This document shows, piece by piece, positions 24,161 through 37,184 of a stretch of 64,000 nt of DNA; the stretch's first letter is position 1, and the number at the start of each line of letters is the position of its first letter. Origin of the DNA: Leucoraja ocellata. Its lineage: Eukaryota. The stretch lies in assembly GCA_036785375.1 (NCBI GenBank), contig JAWMAR010000148.1, positions 744,001-808,000 of the forward strand. Reading direction: 5' to 3'. The notes under the pieces were generated by a model. It saw only the letters and a program-made list of their open reading frames with translations. It was not told where the DNA came from and did no database searches. The translations under genes and the position numbers were made by a program.

Positions 24161-25245
24161 TCCTGGTATCACAATATGTTTTCCAGTGAACCCAGTAGGT
24201 TTAATGGGAGTTGATGAAAGGTGATCCTGACGAGTTGAAAGGAAGTTGCGGAAACATTACCCTGTGAGCCAAATGCCACACGATCAGGATTTCTGAACAA
24301 TCGGATCACGGATTATCAGAGTTTAATATTGCATGGGGACAGGGGTAATTCCTAATCTTATAATGAGGAATTTACTAGAGAAAACACAGTCAATATTCCA
24401 TTCAGTTACAAACTAGAGTTTTGACCTTTGAGTAATTCCCTCCTTACACTTGTGTAAATTGTTTATTTTAAAGTTATAGGAACATCAGATTGAAAAGTTT
24501 CCCTGCAGGCAAACAAACACCTATGGGAGTGTTTCATAATTTGCAGATGTTTCTTTCGCTGAAAAATATAGTGAACAGGGAAAAATAATGCATCTGTGGC
24601 TAACTAAAGAGTTTTTAAAAAACATTAGAGGCTTAAAACATTAGTAGATTATAAGCCTGAGGAAATGATATTTCAGGAACAAGCAACTGGGGACCAAAAA
24701 AAAAGATAAAGGCCAAGGCGGCAGAATATGAGAGCAGATCAATAAGAAATATAGTATAGGATTGTTGGGGCTTCTGTATTTATGTAAAAATAGTTCACAT
24801 AAGGCAAGGGGTGAAAAAATGAATGAGAGGAATAAATAAAAGTGAGACTTTGGATAAATATATTTTACATGTTCTCATCCTGGAAAACAAAAACTTGTAG
24901 AAATAATTGAAATTCAAGAGATTAATAAAAAAAGATGAATTTCAAATGACTGAAGTACTGAAGAAACTGGGATTTAAAAAATATATTTCCTGGCTTTGAC
25001 AATTTGTTTCCAGTAGAGGTGGCTGCAGAAATGGCAAATGCATTAATATTGATCTTTCAAAATCATTAGCTGCTGGAACTGCTCCCAGTGAAAAATACTA
25101 TTCATATTTCTCACCACACAGGAGGCCATTTATCCTATCAAATCTATGAAAGATCTCAGTACTATTTCATCTATCCTATTCCCCCACTTACACCCTAGTA
25201 ACATGTCCTATTTCTTACAAACCTCAACTCTCACCAATTCTACTA

Positions 25246-26274
25246 CAGGTGCACAACCTTTTATCCGAAAGCCTTGGGACCAGACACTTGTCGGATTTCG
25301 GACATTTTCGGATTTCCGAATGGAAGGTTTTTAGCGTAGATTAGGTAGGCAGCGCGGGCGGCTTGAAAAGTCTGGAGCGGCTGGATCCTCCCCGGAGACC
25401 GGGGAATCATTGTAAATCATTGCTTAAATGTTAGTCAGTTAGTTAGGAGGGATTTTATGTGGTGGTGGTGGGGTGGGGGGGGTGGGGTGGGGTGGGGGGG
25501 TAAAGGGGGAAACTTTGATTCTTAGTCCCCTACCTGGTCGGCGACTCCCAACATCGCGGAGCTGGAGGCTCCGTCCGGCCGCGGGCGGCGCCGGTTGGAG
25601 CTACGACCCCGGCAACTCTACCCCTGGCTGTGAGGCGCTCCAAATCCAGCGACGGGCGCCCGCAGCCCCAGCTCCGCGAATGTTGGGAGTCGGCGGCCAC
25701 AGTGCTCCGGAGCTTACCGCACGGCGACCCGATAAGGCATTGCCCGCTCCCCGCTGGTATCCCAGCGCTGTGGCCGCCGACTCCCAACATTCGCGATGCT
25801 GGGGCTGCGGGCGTCCGGCCGTGGGCGGCGGTGGATTTGGAGCGCCTCGCAGCCAGGGGTAGAGTTGCCGGGGTCGGAGCTACAACCGGCGCCGCCCGCG
25901 GCCGGACGCCCGCAGCCCCAGTGCTGCGGAGCTTACTGCACGGCGACCCGGTAAGGCATTGACCGCTGCCCACCTCTCCGACGAGGTAGGGGACTAAGAA
26001 TTAAAGTTTACCCCTTCACCCCCCCTTCACATAAAAGCCCTCCAAACTAACTGACTAACATTTAAGCAATGATTTACAGATGTTTAAGTGTCTCCCCAGT
26101 CTCCGGGGATGAGGCAGCCGCTACAGTAGTACAGACCTGGGTTGACCGTGGGTCGTTTCGGGTCAAGTTTGGTGCCAAACGCGAGCTTTGGTGTGCAGAC
26201 GACATCCTGGAAAAAATGGCCGGTTTTCGGAGTTTTTCGGTTTCCGGAACTCCGGATAAAAGGTTGTGCACCTG
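25246..26274. mobile_element. Non-autonomous Tc1/mariner (pogo/Tigger-like) element with nested inverted repeats
   Basis: TA|CAGGTGCACAACCTTTTATCCG ... CGGATAAAAGGTTGTGCACCTG|TA: perfect 22-bp TIRs and a TA duplication; no transposase. Confidence 0.9.
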
Positions 26275-27199
26275 TAGTACCATCCATCTATGCACTAATT
26301 GGCAACTGTAAATTGCCCCTAATCCATCAATCAACATGACTTTGGAATGTGAGAGTTAGATTTAGCTCTTAGGGCTAAAGGAATCAAGGGATTTTGGGAA
26401 AAAGCAGGAATGGGGTACTGATTTTAGAAGATCAGCCATGGTCATATTGAATGGTGGTGCTGCACATATTTTCCTATGAAAGGAGAGTATCTGAAGGACC
26501 TGGAGGAAACCCATGCAATTACAAGGAGAACTTACAACCTCCATGCAGACAGCACCTGCAATTCGGATCAAACTCAAGCCACTGAGGTGGCAGCACTATC
26601 CAATATGCCACTATGCAAAGCAGGAGGGAGCAAAATAACGTGCATTAAACTGGACAGTGTTGGTTCAAGGACTAGAAAAAAGTTAAGAATAATGACCTCT
26701 TATGAACTAGCAAGCTGTTATGGTGGGATGCCACAAGACTCTTGGCTATTTGCAACCTATTACAGGAATATGTTGTTGGTAGGAAAAACGGAATAAATTC
26801 TGAGTATCAGCCACAATCGAAATTGCTGGTAAATGCATGTGTGTGGCGAGGATTGGTTTCAGCTCTAATTTTCTTTGCATTTTCAAACCCTTTAAGCTAG
26901 TGCTGAAAAGCAACACCTGGAAGGACCAAAGACAACAAGGGCACAGAATGTACACAAAGTGGAGACCTCAATACCCTTCACCCACAGTGACTCAGCTGCA
27001 GTATCATTGAGTGTACCGAGAGAGTTCAAAAATATAAACGGGTGCTAAACCAGTGTGCAGCAGGTGATGAAAAAATAATACAAATTGAGAAACCTACACA
27101 AATGTATCCTCAGTAATTGACCCGGCAGCAATGGTGTAAGTGGCCAGTGCACAAACCTCATGGATGGAGACACGCAGCAGACAAAGGCAGCACATAAGA

Positions 27200-27800
27200 A
27201 AACAAGGGAGGTATGATAGACGGCCCCTCAAGCCTTCCCCTACATTCAATATGATTATGGTTGACCTACCTTAGGTCTCTATCTCCTCCTCAGAAAATTC
27301 TCCACACCCATCAGTTCCCTTATCTTTCAAAAAATTATTTACTTCCTCTTTAAATACCTTCACAATTTCGGAGCTTCACCATTCCCTGCGAGAAGCTGTT
27401 ATACATATCTGCTTTAAATGAAATTTCCTAATCCTTTAACTATGTCACCTCATTTGAGGTTCTTTCACAAGCAGAAAATCTCAGCATCTCCCCTGTCATG
27501 TCCCTAAGAATTTTGTATGTTTCCAATATATCACTCTTTATTCTTCTGAATTCCAAAGAATAAAATCCAACATTTTGCAGCTGGTTAAGAACAGCCATTT
27601 CATCTGAAGAATTAGCCCAGTGAAATCATTTTGGGCTGCTGCCAATGCCAGTATAAAAAACAGGGGCCAAAACTGTGGTCTCATCAGTACCGTTCGCAAC
27701 TGTAACCGTCTAAACTCCAAACCTCTTGCAATAAAGACCAGTGTGCCATTTGCCTTCTCAACTACCTGCTAACAATTTACGATTCATGCACAAGAACACC
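27200..27800 (-). mobile_element. Highly decayed CR1 LINE fragment
   Basis: Minus-strand LRTVLMRPQFWP and CR1 3' UTR remnants. Confidence 0.55.
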
Positions 27801-28577
27801 TTGATGAGAACACCTCTGTACTTGCTCATCCACAAATTCTCTCTATTTAGATGATTCGAGTGCAAGAGATATGCATGTAATGAAAGCAAGAGATTGTAAG
27901 AACAAGAGGAGAGAAACAAAACAAGAGCACAAGGCAAGAAACTAAGTAGGTGTGCGAGATACAAATGACAAAACATTGTCTACAGGTCCTATGAATTAAA
28001 ATGGCCAGTTTATGCATTTTAAAATTCCTTTTCCCACAAAACATAATTTATACTGTGGTAAACCCAAGGAAATCTTCTAGCAACCGCACATTTAAAATTC
28101 CATTGTATTTTAGTGCTGTAAATTGTACCAAAATTTCAGTGCTGTTATGTTCTCTCTATTCAAATGTAATTAATTAAAATTAAGCTTCCTTTACTATGCA
28201 TTGTATTAATCTACTTTATTAACGAACCAATTGAACAGCAAGCTTTGAAGAACAGAGTGACAACCTCAATCACTGTTGAACCAGAAGAACAATGCCAATG
28301 GCTCTCAGGTTCATTAGAGGCTGCTCTACAGACTAGAGGTTTCTTCATAGTTTTAAGTATTGGTATGCTTTTAAAGTTCTGTAGGGCTGATCCACAGTTT
28401 CATGTGCAAGTCTGGAAGGAAACTGGCTACTCCCATCAGTCAAATCCATTGGAAGACTGGGATAAAACAGGATTTTAGCAGGACAACTAGCATCACATCC
28501 CAAATTATGCCAAGAGTAGTGTCAGCTACAGATGTGACATTATACAAAACTGTCAAGAGTTGACATGCCATATATTT

Positions 28578-29738
28578 ATGCAAGGATTATGACCAATGCG
28601 AGGATTTTGTTTGTTGATTTTAGCTCTGCATTCAACACTATTGTGCCAGAGCTACTATACTCCAAACTTTCCGAGTTGACTGTGCCTGAACCCCTCTGTC
28701 GGTGGATCATCAGCTTCCTGACAGACAGGAAGCAGCATGTGAGGCTGGGAAAGCACATCTCGGACCCGCAAACCCTCAGTTTAGGAGCACCACAAGGCTG
28801 CGTACTCTCCCCTCTCCTCTACTCTTTCTACACCAATGACTGCACCTCCACAGGCTCCTCTGTCAAGCTTCTCAAGTTTGCAGACGACACATCCCTGATT
28901 GGACTAATCGAGGATGGGGAGGAATCTGCCTACAGACAGGAAGGGTTACAGCTGGCGTCCTGGTGCCATCGCAACAACCTGGAGCTCATTGTTCTTAAGA
29001 CAGTGGAATTGATTGTAGACTTTAGGAGAGCTCCCCCCACTCACCTTCAACAACACCACAGTCATATCTGTGGAGTCTTTTAAGTTCCTGGAAACCATCA
29101 TCTCCAAGGACCTTAAGTGGGGGGCTACCATCGACTCCACAGTAAAAAAGGCACAACAGAGGATGTACTTCCTGCGGCAGCTGAGGAAGCACAATCTGCC
29201 ACAGGCAATGATGGTCCAACTCTATATGGCCATCATAGAGTCTGTCCTCACCTTCTCCATCATGGTCTGGTTTAGCTCAGCCTCCAAGCACGACATCCTG
29301 AGGCTGCAGCGAATCGTTAGATCAGCTGAGAAGGTTATTGGCTGCAACCTACCCTCCATTGACGAACTGTACACTGCAAGGGCCAGGAAGTGAGTGGGTA
29401 AGATCATCTCTGACCCCTCTCACCCTGGCCACAAACTCTTTGAATCACTTCCCTCTGGAAGTCGACTCCGGACTGTCAAAGCTGCCACAGCCAGACATAA
29501 AAACAGCTTTTATCCACGAGTAGTAGCTCTACTCAATAACCAAAAATCTGTAGCCTCCTTTTTTGCTCTGGTATTTTATTTAATTCACATGTTTAATCAA
29601 TAATGTTTTATTATTAATGTTTAATGTTTTATGTATCATTCTTAACTGTCACTGAATGTCATGTTGTCACTTGTGGGCAAAGCACCAAGGCAAATTCCTT
29701 GTATGTGAATACTTTGGCCAATAAACTTATTCATTCAT
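28578..29738 (+). mobile_element. 5'-truncated Rex1/Babar-clade LINE (RT pseudogene)
   Basis: ARILFVDFSSAFNTI, GAPQGCVLSPLLYS, LLKFADDT, KKAQQRMYFLRQLRK and DPSHPGHKLFESLPSG motifs; frameshift near 29040; (attc)n tail. Confidence 0.93.
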
Positions 29739-30729
29739 GCATATATTTAAGAAATTATTCTTTCCATCAGATATATCATTACCAACTATCAAAAGCGACA
29801 ATAAGGCATCAGTCTTTCATTGGGAATCGAAATATACATTCAGAAACATTTTCTATCAGCTTGCTCCTTTTCCATTGTGAAGATTTGTGTTCACATCAAT
29901 CTACTAAGATCATCATCAATAGCACCTATGTTAATTTTCAATGAGTTGTGTAGAAGGACACAGAGCTCTTTGAACCTCAAAGTTATTCAACTTGTCACCA
30001 TTTCATACCAAAGTGGAATATATTTTCCATTAATATATAGCATCCACCATGTTTCTTGCCCACCCATTTTAGCTTGGCCATATCCCTTTGAAGCCAATTC
30101 ACATCCACATTGATGCTCACAATCCCCATGAGATTGGTATAATAACCAAATTAGAAATATTATGTTTCTTCACCTCAGCCAAATCACCAGTTGATATAGG
30201 TCATGAAAAGCTGGGGCACAGGCATTGATCCCTGCTCAGTTACCATTGGCAACGCCCAATTTTAATCTAACCTTGTTGACTGATCTCCTCTATGGGACCT
30301 TATTGCAAGCCTTCTGAATATCAAGCATTCTCCTTTAATTCAATGCTTCTCCTTTAATTGTTAACCAGTCACATTTTCAAAGAAATCCAAACATAATTTT
30401 CCTTTCAGAAATCCATGCCAATTCTGTTCAAACCTATTATGCCTGAAAAGTATTTTATTATTATTCATGGACTCAAAGAGCACAGAAATCAACCCTTTAT
30501 CTCACCAGGTCCATGTGGACCATTTTGCCAGCTACACTAATCTCATTTGTTTGCATTTGGACTGCATCCTTCTACACCATCCTGAGGGCATCTCAGTTCA
30601 CCAGATGAACCTTGTGGCATCCTTGAGTAAGATAAGAGGTGGAATGATCTGCTTCCCAATCAACACCTCATTGTTCTTGGACATGGCAGTCTTGGCATGT
30701 TTCTGCGCTCTGGACCTGGAATATACTAA

Positions 30730-30823
30730 GGACAGACACAAAAAGCTGGAGTAACTCAGCGGGACAGGCAGCATCTCTGGAGCGAAGGAATGGGTGACGT
30801 TTCGGGTCGAGACTCTTCTTCAG
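30730..30823 (-). mobile_element. Penelope-terminal module with hammerhead-like core
   Basis: Minus strand CTGAAGA-A-GAGTCTCGACCC-GAAACGTC at 30796-30823. Confidence 0.75.
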
Positions 30824-31136
30824 TTCCTTCTTATACATACTGGAATATACGAACGCTGAAGTACTACCTCGATTACCTCTGGTCCACTAGATCATGTATA
30901 GCTTCATTTCCTAGATACATTTACAATTTGACATGAAATAATGTCCATTTAGCTCATTTTCATGAGAAATATTTTCTGCAACAAAGATCAACAGGATGCA
31001 TGTGTTCTATCCACCCCTCTCAACGATTGTATATGAAAAGCAATTTATTTGGTAAATTCTTGTCCTTTCTCAAGACACCATTTAGAATACACAGTTCTGA
31101 TTCTTAACTAAAATCTTTGGTAATATGTAAGAATAC

Positions 31137-31279
31137 CTTGTATTTTGTCATAGTGCTAAAATGGTTATTTCTGAAGAACACACACAATTCTCCTTCTTCA
31201 ACCGTGGAAATCAGTTCACATAACCCATGGTACGTCAACTGAGTTGCTGAGTTGTTCAAAAACTGTTCTGCAACATGAC
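31137..31279 (-). CDS. MINDY2: MINDY2 exon 6 (143 nt), contains the catalytic His
   Basis: cttcag|(G)HVAEQFLNNSATQLTYHGLCELISTVEEGELCVFFRNNHFSTMTKYK|gtattc; FFRNNHFST motif. Confidence 0.97.
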
Positions 31280-31960
31280 CTGAAGGGAAAAAAACCTATG
31301 ATTATTGCAGCCAAATATAAACACTAATCAGAAACTCATTACAAACACATTTACAGCTTGGAATTGAAGCAATAGGGATGGCACAGATCTGTGCTTACTA
31401 TTAAAACTATGATCTAGATTTCTACCAAAAATATGCTTTTACTTTGTTAACTTTGACAATATGAAGATAATTCACGATAAATATTAAACTTTAACACTTC
31501 ATCCAAAGCCATATACAAAAAATAAACTGCTTAATTGGTATACTGATAATTTATTACATATAGAGTATTTCAGTTACAATAAATTAGGGAATAGTTTCCA
31601 AGGTGTCAAATACTACATTTGTAGCATAATAAATGTCAGATCACTTCAGCCAGAAACATTATTGCAAAACATAAACTCATTTGTCTTTATACATGAAGGA
31701 TCCTTGCAAAGTAGGGTACAACTTATATGTAGTTCACAATATCATGCGTTCATAACAATTACAAAGAGACAACTACAGCCCTCAGCTGATCTACTAACTC
31801 ACCATGCACCATTATAATCAGGGATCCCGCTTCTTTGCTGAACTCTGAGCTCAGAAGGCCAATGGTATATTCAACACCACTGATAACCCAAAATGATAGG
31901 AACAATATCAATAAAATAACTGTGCTCCTGATTTTGGAAGCCAATACATCAGTTTATCTT

Positions 31961-32076
31961 GTTTAAGAAGGAACTGCAGATGCTGGAGAAGGGTTTCGGC
32001 CCGAAACGTTGCCTATTTCCTTCGCTCCATAGATGCTGCTGCACCCGCTGAGTTTCTCCAGCTTTTTTGTGTACCA
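31961..32076. mobile_element. Inverted-fusion Penelope-terminal module
   Basis: gtttaagaaggaactgcagatgctgg joined to the opposite-strand agaagggtttcggcccgaaacgttgcc... Confidence 0.75.
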
Positions 32077-32127
32077 TCAGTTTATCTTGCTTGTGATGTT
32101 TATGTTCATCATTTGCATCCTTCAAAT

Positions 32128-32236
32128 CCACTTTAACTACATGAGATTTTTTTCCCATTACAAATCTCAAATTGTGGAGTATAGAGGCAAACAAATAAAT
32201 GATGCGTCTTTGTCCCAAACATTATTGAGGGCACTG
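32128..32236. mobile_element. Tc1-family terminal fragment, same family as 11160-11412
   Basis: attacaaatctcaaattgtggagta...tgtcccaaacattattgagggcactg|TA. Confidence 0.75.
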
Positions 32237-33756
32237 TATGTTTGCCATGCTAGTATGAAAACAGCTAACTTCAGCATTTTTTCACTTCGCCCCATAGCTG
32301 ACATCAGAAACTAATCAGAAATCAGATGTCAAGACCCATTTGGCCTGCTGATCTCCAATGGCAAGGGAATCTTGTGAATATTTTATTTTTAGAAACTGAA
32401 CTTTGTAGCATTTTGCATAATTTTGTAACATATTAAATCTCGTTGTTCAAAGCAATGGAGAGAGAGCAAACCTTTCCATTTTAATTGTGCCTTAATGGCC
32501 TCTAATTGCAACAGGATGGTCCGCTTAAACGCCTGCCCACTGATCTCCCAACTCATGATGCAGAATTAAAATGGGATCCTGCTGCGCTGCTGAACTTCCC
32601 ATGGAGCTCAAAGGCCAATCTATCTCCCAGTATGCAAAAGGCCCATGCTACAAGTATTCCTCCAGGCAGCATCAACATGAATCAGCGCATCTGGTCTGTT
32701 ACATGACAAGAGGCACAAAGGTTCAATGCAAAGTTTCAATCCAACTTCCAGTCAAGCGAGCAAAGGCAAGTCACTGTCCCTTCCCCAGGGTCTCCAGTTT
32801 TCAGCTTCCTCGCACTACTCCATCTCCACACAGTATTCATCATACTCCACAGCTTGACCTCCTGGTTCTTCAACCCTGGCCTCTCCAAACATCCTCCCGC
32901 CTCCTGGCCCTTAGCAACTGCTTCCGCTAATGTTTCTAGCTACCCAGCTCTGGCCAACACCAAATGTCTTATTTGCATTGCTGGCAGCATGCCTCATAGC
33001 CTGTGATGTCCAGCCTTCTCATATGACAATACAGCAACATTAAATACAGGGAAGGGCCAGCAAAATAGTCAGAAAGGCCCTGTGCTGAGCAGGGTATCAT
33101 TAGACTAGGACCTGTCATCTGCTGTAAGATTGCACCGGAAAGTAACCTGGAAGACACTGCGTGCTCTTAATGTTCGTCAACTGATGAGCATATGTAGTTC
33201 CAAGTTATCACGAAATCCAACCGAACATTCAGTTTATTTGATCAAAAGGGCTCAGAAATGGCATCTGACTCAATTACGAGCTATAGGCTGAAATAGAGGT
33301 TATAGTTTGATTCCTGTCCATCTTCAGGATATTAGAGAGAATACGTGATTCAGAAACAATGCATCAAAAACTTTTATTTACTTGGCAATCATTACAACAA
33401 AATCCCTTACATTCATAAAATTCCCTCGGTGCCTTTTTGTTTAAATAAACGCACTGAGGAAATTCTTAACACAAAAAAAATCATGTACCGTCAAATTACT
33501 CTGCAGCAAGATTTGCTCAGCTGCTCAAAGCTAATTTTCACCACAATGATTAGTAACTGTCAGGCCTACAGATTTGGAGATCCCTTCATTACATTGTTTT
33601 TAGTAATCTTTGCTAACTATCAATTATTATATTGCTTCAAAGAGGTTCTGCATAAAACTGCATTTGAAATTGGTGGACATTACTCTGCTGATGAGCAATG
33701 TTCCCGTTTCCTTTCTTTGTACATGCTATTATTGAAAAGACTTTCTTTTCCCTTAC

Positions 33757-33859
33757 CTTCACTGACTAGTTCACTCTTCTCTGACTGCTTACAGAAGATA
33801 ATCTTCTCCACCAGCTGGTTATAACTGCACATTCCCACTGTTTTTGCTAGATCAGCATT
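33757..33859 (-). CDS. MINDY2: MINDY2 exon 5 (103 nt)
   Basis: ttgtag|NADLAKTVGMCSYNQLVEKIIFCKQSEKSELVSE-G|gtaagg; contains the SYNQLVEKII motif. Confidence 0.96.
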
Positions 33860-34254
33860 CTACAAAACAGAATTGTCAGCAGAAAGTTATATTTGAGAAT
33901 TGCAACAGACCTCTAAGCTATATATCCTCATTTTACACAATTTGTAATCTTAGAATGCTTGAAGGAGCTAAAGTTTCATGAACCTGAAAATACCATGACT
34001 ATACTGACTACAGTGCCAAAGTGAAGATATTTAGTCTGGCCAATCGTCAAAAAATCCCATGTCTGAATATAGAGGGCTGTTAAGAAAAGTACTGCAGAAC
34101 AAGTGCAAGCATCTCAATGGCCTATTACTGGTCCTGCTCCGTGAAATTAATGCATATATTAGGCCTGCCACAACAGTTCTTCATCTCACTGCCTTATCAG
34201 CCCGTGATCTCCCAAACCTTTACAATGAGAACCAAGGCAATTGTGAAGAATGGA

Positions 34255-34715
34255 ACGTTGTGTTGTATCTGGGCACACTGCAGCCCATTGGACTGAATAA
34301 TGAGTTCTACAACTTCAGGTATCTTGATTTTTCTGTTGGCATCTGCCATCCAACTATTTCTTTTTTGATAGAAAATTATCAGCTTTTCTTTTTTTCCCCC
34401 TTATCCCCCCCCCACCTCCTCTGGAAGTGGAGGACATGCCCAGCTTACCTGTCAGGCTATGCTCTCACACTGCATTTCACAGCGTTTATGTTTTTGGGTA
34501 TGTGTTATCACACTATAAATACTACAATTCACTCACTGACCAGTTAACCTCATTTATTGCCTGCTCATCTTGGTTTTACCTTATCATGGGCATCACCCCT
34601 CACCACTCCCCGCTTAACAAGTTTTTCTCTCCTTCAACCTGAAACGTTAGGTCTGTTTCTTTTTCCACAAATGCAGAGTGACCTGCTGAGTATTTCCAGA
34701 AATTCCTGTTTTATT
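34255..34715 (+). mobile_element. Decayed Penelope-like 3' end
   Basis: YLGTLQPIGLNNEFYNFR resembles the GIY-YIG ORF C-terminus at 50269. Followed by a pyrimidine-rich tract and terminal-module remnants (ctgaaacgtt..gacctgctgagtatttccag). Confidence 0.6.
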
Positions 34716-36879
34716 TTATGAATTATCATGTATCTGTTTCCCCAACTATTGCCTTGTCTTTCAAAGGAAATAGGCACTTTCAATGTAACCCATCTAGGCC
34801 TCTTTATTTTATATACCTTGATTAAATGCTTCTTTTGTAAAGGAAACAATTCCAGCCTCCGCTAACTTTCCTCATCTTTCCCAGCCATAGCAACGTCTCT
34901 TTCTTTGGTGAAAATATATTTTTCTTGTAATCAGATGCCCTGAAATGTGCCTGACCTATAGCCCAATTGCCTAGCATGACTTTCCGAGTCCTATATTCTA
35001 CACCTTTATGTGTCCTGCTCTCTTTGGGTCTCAGAATAGAAACTTTACATCTTTCTATGGCTACCAAAGATGCCACATTCTGTGACACTTCACACATATT
35101 ATAATATAAATATTGAACCAATTTTCTCTACATACAAATCGGTTATGGGAACAGAAATGAGAGTCACCTGGATAGACACAGCGTCATAAATGGAATGATC
35201 AGTCAGTTTACCCTGCTGACTGGGAGAAGCTCTTTCAAGGTTGCAACTGAAAACTCAGTTAAGATCTCGACTCTCACCCTGCTTTCTGCCCAATGCACAG
35301 AGCCCACCCAATGCCAGGCCAAGGCACACTGCACCAGTCTGGACAGGGCCCTCACAAGCACTAACTACAATTTCAGAAAGCTCATTGAAAGAGCTGCACA
35401 ATGAACTTTATTTAAGTACTGTCCCTTACCTGCCGTTTTTCCCAGATGTTTACTCCTGTTAAAGATGATCACCTAAGCGTTAACTGGAGGGATTCACACA
35501 CGTTTCAGGGCAGATGATAGTTTGAAGGCAAATGGCAGTTTTCAAGTGTCCTCATTTGTTACTTGTTCAGTACATCAACCCTTGTTTCAACTGTTTCAAC
35601 AATTCCTCTCAACTCTTCTTCTCTTTATTACTATCCTCTTGTCCTTTCTGAACCAAATAATCAATAATGTTCAATTTCACCTCCTGCCCTTCATGCCACA
35701 TAACAGTAAAGTTACAAATATCATTTATTCATAGATACATACCTTTGGTCCATTTTATACTACTTAAATTGAAGGGCATTCAATTAGTCATTGCCAAACG
35801 TCCTTATTGCATTTCTAAATTGCTCTAATCCTTTCTATTTTTCTTTTAACTTAACTACCTTTCCTCCATAAACTACTCAAAGTTCCAATGCCCTGCCAAC
35901 TACATCTAAACCTCTTAGTAGCACTTAACTCCCTACAAGAGTATTGGGTGTAGTTCCGTTAAGCTTGCAGATTTGACCTCCCCTGAATGGATGCCATTTC
36001 CGGAAGAATTTGAAGCTCTCTTTTGTCCCGTCTTTTTTGGCATTCAACGTCTAAATCCTGTTTCTGTACTCACTGAGCTGTGCCAATAGTGATGTTTGGG
36101 AGATGTCTAATATTGAACTCTTGCTTTCAGTCTGTTTCCTTGCTGCTAACAAAAGTAAGTATTTTCAAATACCTGTTGTAGAAACAATACTTTCATTTTT
36201 GATAAAAAATAATTCTTGCACAACCAACTACATTTCTCATGATTATCCAAATTATCAGCTTTGCACGTAATCCACAGCAATAAATCACATTTCAAATTAA
36301 ATTTGAAATTATACCTATTATATCTTTCAATCTGAATTTCTCATGTGCCCCGAGGCATTGACATAATTAATCTGAATTAAACTGAACAGTTCAAGACATT
36401 TAATTCATCAAAACATCAGTGAAACTTCATTTTAAAGATCATGAAGTAATTTTTTTATTTCCTCAGCTAACAATTTATTCAAATTTAAGTGCAAAATTCC
36501 TCAACTGCAATCTTAATATCAAGTTGGCATCCCAGAGTTCTACTGTGTACATGGGTTCTTTCATGAATGCAAAATGTTGGACACTTCTACCAGAAAAATG
36601 TCTATTAAGAACAAGCAAAGTGACTTTCAATTACAAAATTGGCAGTGGGTCAAGGATTCCCTAACAATTCAAGTTAATCTGTTTCAGATTACACATATTT
36701 CATCATGCATCTCAAATTGGCTTCTCTGTCAAGGTAACTGCTCGACCACGGATATTTGTCGATGATGCATGAAGAATAAGACTTAACGCTGTATCGGGCT
36801 TTATTTTTCCATGATGAATGTTACTTTGAGTTCTCACACTGCCCACCACACAGGCTGATGCAAATAGAAACCATGTAGT

Positions 36880-36928
36880 GGGGGGGGGGGGGGGGGGGAG
36901 GGGGAGGGGAAGGGGGGAGAGAGAGAGA
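36880..36928. repeat. Poly-G / purine-rich simple repeat
   Basis: G run followed by (GA)n. Confidence 0.9.
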
Positions 36929-37025
36929 AAGTGGGTAGTCGCAACAGCACATTAAATGAATTTAAAGAAATATTGCAGTTTATGTCAACCGACTTTTAAA
37001 TTACCACTCTCCAATGTATTCTCAC

Positions 37026-37184
37026 CTGAGGGTCCACCAACCATCCGTGGTAAAGTGCAATATCAAGGAGGTCAAATACAATGCACTCCGGTGTATATTC
37101 AAATACTCTTACACCAGTAAACTTTACATTTACATCCAATCCTGTCTGCAGCTTGTGTAATATAGCCATTGCATCACTCATGTT
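37026..37184 (-). CDS. MINDY2: MINDY2 exon 4 (159 nt)
   Basis: aaacag|NMSDAMAILHKLQTGLDVNVKFTGVRVFEYTPECIVFDLLDIALYHGWLVDPQ|gtgaga; contains the MINDY hallmarks TGLDVNVKF and HGWLVDP. Confidence 0.97.

Noticed and set aside
25473-25973. Overlapping GC-rich ORFs of 110-147 aa on both strands
   Set aside because: They lie inside a TIR-bounded repeat. The open frames reflect GC richness and internal repeats, and no protein motif is visible.
33345-33824. 159-aa plus-strand ORF
   Set aside because: Non-ATG start, no recognisable motif, partly antisense to exon 5
35160-35480. Several donor-like sites on the minus strand in intron 4
   Set aside because: No convincing paired acceptor; conservation cannot be assessed from sequence alone
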